From: Vulcanimicrobiota bacterium
Lineage (GTDB): Bacteria > Vulcanimicrobiota > Vulcanimicrobiia > Vulcanimicrobiales > Vulcanimicrobiaceae
Length of the DNA: 64,000 nt
Reading direction: 5' to 3'
Assembly: GCA_963733295.1 (NCBI GenBank)
Contig: CAVTCS010000003.1
Location: 2,784,001 to 2,848,000, forward strand
Under the pieces are notes generated by a model. That model was given only the letters and a program-made list of their open reading frames with translations. It was not told the origin of the DNA and searched no databases. Positions 59,503-64,000 of this stretch are shown here, one piece after another. Both the position numbers and the translations under genes were made by a program. Numbering within the stretch: position 1 is the stretch's first letter; every line of letters begins with the position of its first letter.

Positions 59503-60257
59503 GACCTGTCGTGTGCTCGATCGGGACGACCGAAACGTGGAACGCCGCCGGTCTCGGACTCGATCTGTTGGCGTTGTGGGAGTGCGGCGTCCGTCCGGTG
59601 AGCGTCGTGGCCGGCGTCTCGGCTCAGGACGACGCGGGTATCCAAGCGCTCTTCCCGCTGCCGCCCGAGGCGATCGCCTCCCAATTTGCCGCGCTGGCCA
59701 AAGCCCCGATTGCGGCCTACCGGATCGGCGCGCTGCTCGACGCAGCGGGGGTCGCCGCGGTTGCCGCCGGTTTGTCGGGAGACGACCTTCCCGTCGTTTA
59801 CGACCCGGTGCTCGCGGCGAGTGCGGGCGGAGACTTCGCCGACGCGCCGGCGCGCTCGGCCATTCGCAGCGCGCTCCTGCCCCGGACGCGCATCCTGACG
59901 CCCAATCTTCAGGAAGCGGCACTGCTGCTCGGCCGCCCGGTCAGCCCGAGCCCGGCCGGTCTGGCGGAGGCCGCTCGGGCGCTGCGCGCACTAGGAGCCG
60001 GGGCGGTGCTGATTACCGGCGGCGACCTGCCCGGTTCCCCGCTCGACGTCTTGGCCGACGCCGAGGGCGTCGTCGAATTCGAGGAAGCGCGAATCCCGGT
60101 CGACATGCGCGGCACCGGCTGTTTGCTGGCGGCGGCGCTGGCCGCCGCGCTTGCGCGCGGCAGCGAGTTGCGCGGCGCCGTGCGCGAAGCGCGCGCGTTC
60201 GTGCGCAGCAAACTCAGCGCGGCGGTGCGCTTAGGACCGTTCCGCCTTGCGTACTAG
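59499..60257 (+). CDS. thiD: hydroxymethylpyrimidine/phosphomethylpyrimidine kinase (divergent)
   Basis: VYDPVL, LTPNLQEA, VLITGG, RGTGC; GTGA coupling to thiE. Confidence 0.8.
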   Translation: MRPVVCSIGTTETWNAAGLGLDLLALWECGVRPVSVVAGVSAQDDAGIQALFPLPPEAIASQFAALAKAPIAAYRIGALLDAAGVAAVAAGLSGDDLPVVYDPVLAASAGGDFADAPARSAIRSALLPRTRILTPNLQEAALLLGRPVSPSPAGLAEAARALRALGAGAVLITGGDLPGSPLDVLADAEGVVEFEEARIPVDMRGTGCLLAAALAAALARGSELRGAVREARAFVRSKLSAAVRLGPFRLAY

Positions 60258-60296
60258 TGGGCCGTACCGAGGCCCCGCGAGCGGAGCCGGTCCGCG

Positions 60297-60605
60297 CTAG
60301 CGGTACGAGGAGCGCGACTTCGCGAAGCAGTCCCGACAGTACACTGGTTTGTCGCCGCGCGGTTGAAACGGTACCTCCGCCGCCTGCCCGCACGAGCTGC
60401 AGGTCACGGAGTACATTTCACGAGTACCGCCGGCCCCGCCGCGACCCATCTGCGCGCCCCGTGAGGACTTCCTTACGGCGCGGCAATCGGCGCAGCGGTT
60501 CGGTTTGTTCTGAAACCCTTTGCTCGCGAAGAACTCTTGTTCGCCGGCGGTAAAGGTGAATTCAGCGCCGCAATCGGTGCAGGTCAGGCGTTCGTCTGTA
60601 TACAA
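60297..60605 (-). CDS. zinc-ribbon/CxxC-x17-CxxC domain protein
   Basis: CTDCG..F.F...EQEFF..KGF.N.P.RC..CR and CSSCG...VPFQP...KPVYCRDCF; GAGGTG SD. Confidence 0.9.
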   Translation of the reverse strand: MYTDERLTCTDCGAEFTFTAGEQEFFASKGFQNKPNRCADCRAVRKSSRGAQMGRGGAGGTREMYSVTCSSCGQAAEVPFQPRGDKPVYCRDCFAKSRSSYR

Positions 60606-60695
60606 TGCGAGCCACCTCGTTGAGTACCACGGTTTCGACTCGCTCTCGTTACCGACCGCGACGTCAGCCGCGCGTGCTCGAAGCTTGACTAATGC

Positions 60696-61712
60696 GTGGA
60701 TACTAACATAGGGCTATCGGCGGTGCAACTGGAGCAAACGCGCGTGCGCGTGCGCGTTATGTCCGGCATGCGACCGACCGGACGTCTCCACCTCGGACAC
60801 CTGGCAGGGGTGCTCACGCAGTGGGCCGAGCTAAGCCGCAGCTCGCTGGCGTTTTTCGAAGTCGCCGACTTGCACGCGCTCACGACCGGTTACGAGCACA
60901 CCGAAGCGATCAAGGAGCACACGGTCGAAATGGTGCTCGATTGGCTCGCCGCCGGCGTCGATCCCCAGCGCGCCGTCATGTACGTCCAATCGCACGTTCC
61001 CGAGATCAGCGAACTGCATTTGCTGCTGTCGATGATCGTGCCCGTCGCGTGGTTGCAGCGCGTACCGACCTACAAGGAGCAAATCGCAGCGCTCGGGCCC
61101 GAGATCGCAACCTACGGGTTTCTCGGTTATCCGTTGATGCAGCTGTGCGACATCGCGGTCGTCCGGGCCAACACCGTTCCCGTCGGGCGCGATCAACTCT
61201 CGCACTTGGAGTTCGGTCGCGAGGTCGTCCGCCGCTTCAACCATTTGTACGCGCCGGCGCTGGTCGAGCCGCAACCCGTGTTGAGCGAATTCCCCGACAT
61301 TCCAGGCACCGACAATCGCAAGATGTCGAAATCGTACGACAACACGATCGACATCGCCGACAGCGAAGAAGAGACCACAAAAAAAGTCCGCTCGATGGTG
61401 ACCGATCCGCTCAAGATCCGGCGCAACGATCCGGGCCGCCCGGAAATCTGCCCGGTGTTCGCGCTGCACAAACTCGCGGATCCGGAGCGCGTCCCCTGGA
61501 TCGACGAAAACTGTCGTTCCGGCGCGCTCGGCTGCGTCGACTGCAAACGCGACCTCGCCGAAAATCTCAACGCGTACTTACGGCCCGTGCGCGAACGCCG
61601 CGCCGAGCTCGACGCGTCGCAGGTGACCGCTATCCTCGCCGACGGCGCCGAGCGAGCGCGCGCGGTCGCGTCCGAAACGCTGCGCGACGTCAAAGATGCG
61701 ATGCACCTGTAG
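60696..61712 (+). CDS. trpS: tryptophan--tRNA ligase
   Basis: SGMRPTGRLHLGH, YPLMQLCDI, VPVGRDQ, KMSKS. Start may be GTG 60723. Confidence 0.95.
   Translation: MDTNIGLSAVQLEQTRVRVRVMSGMRPTGRLHLGHLAGVLTQWAELSRSSLAFFEVADLHALTTGYEHTEAIKEHTVEMVLDWLAAGVDPQRAVMYVQSHVPEISELHLLLSMIVPVAWLQRVPTYKEQIAALGPEIATYGFLGYPLMQLCDIAVVRANTVPVGRDQLSHLEFGREVVRRFNHLYAPALVEPQPVLSEFPDIPGTDNRKMSKSYDNTIDIADSEEETTKKVRSMVTDPLKIRRNDPGRPEICPVFALHKLADPERVPWIDENCRSGALGCVDCKRDLAENLNAYLRPVRERRAELDASQVTAILADGAERARAVASETLRDVKDAMHL
60700..60728 (-). promoter_or_regulatory. sigma70-type promoter of the zinc-ribbon gene
   Basis: Minus strand TTGCAC-17 bp-TAGTAT with a TG extension. Confidence 0.55.
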
Positions 61713-61739
61713 CCGGAGCCGGGAAAGCGCGTCGCTAGC

Positions 61740-62228
61740 TCAGTAGACGACCCCCTGCGGCGTCCGGCCGAGCGCGCAATGCCGGCTCGAAGTTGAGTGC
61801 CAACTTCCGCCGCTGTAAACTTGGCGCCACTCCGCCAGCTCGCCGCTCCCGGTTCGAATGACTTCGTTTCTCAGGGTGTAGGAATTGTGGTTTCCTCGAC
61901 CGTCTTCCGTAGCGCCGCCTTCGAAGACCGAGTCGCCGGAGTTTCCCGATATGCGCGTAAGAGTCCAGGCTCGTTTGTAGTTCGCGTCGCTCATGTGTCC
62001 GTCGAGCGTGACTTTGCCGGCTGCTCCGACGCGAATCGTCTCCGCACCCGAGCTGTAGGCGCCCCAGTCCCACGTAAGAGTTACGGCGGCGGCACCGCTG
62101 GACTTCCCTTTCATGTTCGCCCACTTCGCGGCGTCGATCTGACAGGTCCAAGTCCCAACGAGCCAATCGTACGGCGCGCCGGCCGCTGCGGCGCTCGAGC
62201 GCGACACGAACGCAACCGTCAAGAGCAT
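61740..62228 (-). CDS. secreted hypothetical protein
   Basis: Signal-like N-terminus, WLVGTWTC motif typical of small beta-barrel exported proteins. Confidence 0.55.
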   Translation of the reverse strand: MLLTVAFVSRSSAAAAGAPYDWLVGTWTCQIDAAKWANMKGKSSGAAAVTLTWDWGAYSSGAETIRVGAAGKVTLDGHMSDANYKRAWTLTRISGNSGDSVFEGGATEDGRGNHNSYTLRNEVIRTGSGELAEWRQVYSGGSWHSTSSRHCALGRTPQGVVY

Positions 62229-62253
62229 CGCCGCGAGCGCGGTCGAAGAGCGT

Positions 62254-62709
62254 TTAGGGACGAGCGATAGCCTTGGAATAGTGGTAGTTGTCGTCGTCGC
62301 GGGACCAGCCGGCGCCGGAGTAGACGCGCTGCGCGGTGCGGTTGTTTTGGTGCGTCGAGAGTTCGAGGAGGCCGGCGTTCGTTTCGCGGGCGAGTTCTTC
62401 GGCGCGCGCGATGAGCGCGGCGGCGACGCCGCTGCGGCGCGCTTCCGGTACGACGTAGAGATCGTTCAGCAGCCAGGAGCGGCATAGGCGCAGCGATGAG
62501 AACAGCGGATAGAGCTGAGTGAAACCGACCGGCGGCCCTTTGGGCTCGACTCGCGCGCAGAAGACGACCGATTCGTTCTTCGCGAGCCGTTCGCGCAGGA
62601 ACGCCGTCGCGGCTTCGGCGTCGGGTTTGCAGCGATAGAAGGCCCGGTACGCCTCGAAGAGCGGGACGAGTACGGGGACGTCGTCGGGCGTCGCACGCGT
62701 CACGTGCAC
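62254..62709 (-). CDS. GNAT family N-acetyltransferase
   Basis: LFEAYRAFY, GFTQLYPLFSS, LNDLYVVPEARRSGVA, NRTAQRVY. Confidence 0.9.
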   Translation of the reverse strand: MHVTRATPDDVPVLVPLFEAYRAFYRCKPDAEAATAFLRERLAKNESVVFCARVEPKGPPVGFTQLYPLFSSLRLCRSWLLNDLYVVPEARRSGVAAALIARAEELARETNAGLLELSTHQNNRTAQRVYSGAGWSRDDDNYHYSKAIARP

Positions 62710-62729
62710 TGCCGGGGCGCTGCGCGTAG

Positions 62730-63920
62730 CTACGCGACGAACCGGGGAAGCGTCGTGCGGATGCGTTCGAGACCGCGCTCGATCTTGTCGAGCGAAGCCG
62801 CATACGAGAAGCGCATGAAGCCGGCTCCCGCGGCGCCGAAGCACGAGCCGCCGAGCGCGGCGACGCCGCCTTCCTCGAGAAGGAAGGACGCGAGCTTCTT
62901 GTCGTCGCGCGCGATCTCGCTGACGTTCGGGAAGACGTAGAAGGCGCCATCCGGAGTGTTGCAGGTGATGCCGGGAATCGCGTTCAGGCCGGCCACGATC
63001 GCATCCCGCCGGCGGCGAAACTCGGCGACCATCTCGACGACGAAGTCGTCGGGACCCTCGAGCGCCGCGATGCCCGCGAATTGCACGAAGGTCGTCGTGC
63101 ACGAATACGTATTTTGCGCCAACAGCGCGACGACGCGCGCGATATGCGCGGGCATGAGCGCGTAGCCCAGGCGCCAACCGGTCATCGCGTACGCTTTGGA
63201 AAAACCGTCGAGCACCACGGTGCGCTCGCGCATTCCCGGAAGCGCGGCGATCGAGTGGAAGGTGCCGCCGTACAGATTGCGGCTGTAGATCTCGTCGGAA
63301 ACGACGGTGACGTCGTGCCGGATGGCCAGCTCCGCGATCGTCTCGAGATCGGGCAGGTTCAGGATGCCGCCGGTCGGGTTGTGCGGCGAGTTGAGAATCA
63401 AGACTTTGGTGCGGCTCGACATGCGGGCCGCCAGCTCGTCGAGATCGAGTGCGAAGTTGTTGCGCTCGAGCAGCTTGATCGGGACGGCTTTCGCCCGCAG
63501 ATACGATGCAGCGGATTCGTACGCGGGGTAGGCGGGATCGGCGTAAACGACCTCGTCGCCGGGATCCAGCAGCGCGCCCAAGATGTTCCAGATCATCGTT
63601 TTGAGGCCGGGACTCACCACGACTTCGTCGCGTGAGAAGGGCGCCATGCCGCGGAACTTTGCGGCGTAGGCGGCGATCGCGTCGCGCAGCGGCGCTATTC
63701 CGGCCGAGGGCGTGTAGTGCGTCTTGTTCGCTTCGATCGCGTCGATCGCGGCACGTTTGATGTGCTCCGGCGTGTCGAAATCGGGTTCGCCGACCTGCAG
63801 CTGGATGATGTCGCGGCCTTGCGCCTCGAGTTCGCGAGCGCGCGCCAAAACGTCGAATGCAGCTTCGGTGCCGAGGCGCGCCATGGCCGCGGAGGGTCGA
63901 ATCGGTTGTTGGGCGATCAT
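62730..63920 (-). CDS. PLP-dependent aminotransferase class I/II (aspartate aminotransferase-like)
   Basis: GEPDFDTP, NSPHNPTG, SDEIY, GFSKAYAMTGWRLG, GAFYVFP. Confidence 0.92.
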   Translation of the reverse strand: MIAQQPIRPSAAMARLGTEAAFDVLARARELEAQGRDIIQLQVGEPDFDTPEHIKRAAIDAIEANKTHYTPSAGIAPLRDAIAAYAAKFRGMAPFSRDEVVVSPGLKTMIWNILGALLDPGDEVVYADPAYPAYESAASYLRAKAVPIKLLERNNFALDLDELAARMSSRTKVLILNSPHNPTGGILNLPDLETIAELAIRHDVTVVSDEIYSRNLYGGTFHSIAALPGMRERTVVLDGFSKAYAMTGWRLGYALMPAHIARVVALLAQNTYSCTTTFVQFAGIAALEGPDDFVVEMVAEFRRRRDAIVAGLNAIPGITCNTPDGAFYVFPNVSEIARDDKKLASFLLEEGGVAALGGSCFGAAGAGFMRFSYAASLDKIERGLERIRTTLPRFVA

Positions 63921-63936
63921 CTTTCGACCTTCGCCG

Positions 63937-64000
63937 CTACTGGGGCAGCTTCTTGTGGAAATATCCCGCGATGATCGCGCGCGCGACCGGCGCGGCAACC
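63937..64000 (-). CDS. 3' end of a gene entering from outside the window, possibly a penicillin-binding transpeptidase
   Basis: VAAPVARAIIAGYFHKKLPQ-stop resembles the AAP.A..I C-terminal helix of class B PBPs; only 20 codons visible. Confidence 0.4.
   Translation of the reverse strand, partial: VAAPVARAIIAGYFHKKLPQ

Overview
This is a GC-rich bacterial chromosome segment spanning the replication origin. The core is a Firmicute-like bipartite oriC flanking dnaA, with dnaA-dnaN-recF-dciA-gyrB on the minus strand and rpmH-rnpA-yidD-yidC-jag-mnmE-mnmG-rsmG-(cca)-parS-parA-parB on the plus strand. Directly downstream of gyrB, where gyrA often sits, is a ~26 kb co-oriented outer-membrane biogenesis cluster: tamB, bamA, three Skp/OmpH paralogs, lpxD-lpxC-fabZ-lpxA-lpxB, a metallophosphoesterase, an LpxB-like glycosyltransferase, an O-antigen ligase-like protein, lptC-lptB-lptF/G, DUF3084, a YqgF-like protein and a large SLH-porin. 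This content points to a diderm Terrabacteria lineage, plausibly Vulcanimicrobiota/Eremiobacterota (inference). The left end holds hut genes, dnaX-ybaB-recR and a RecQ helicase; the right end holds thiE/thiD, trpS and an aminotransferase. I saw no mobile elements, CRISPR arrays, tRNAs or rRNAs. Best leads: (1) a cytoplasmic 5'-nucleotidase-like phosphoesterase with a His-to-Arg (GNRE) motif coupled to lpxB, a candidate new UDP-2,3-diacylglucosamine hydrolase; (2) a 166-nt rod-like hairpin between rpmH and rnpA whose mismatches resolve as G-U/G-A pairs only on the antisense strand; (3) several core genes that appear to need non-canonical start codons; (4) a RecQ carrying a PcrA/UvrD-type C-terminal Tudor-like domain.
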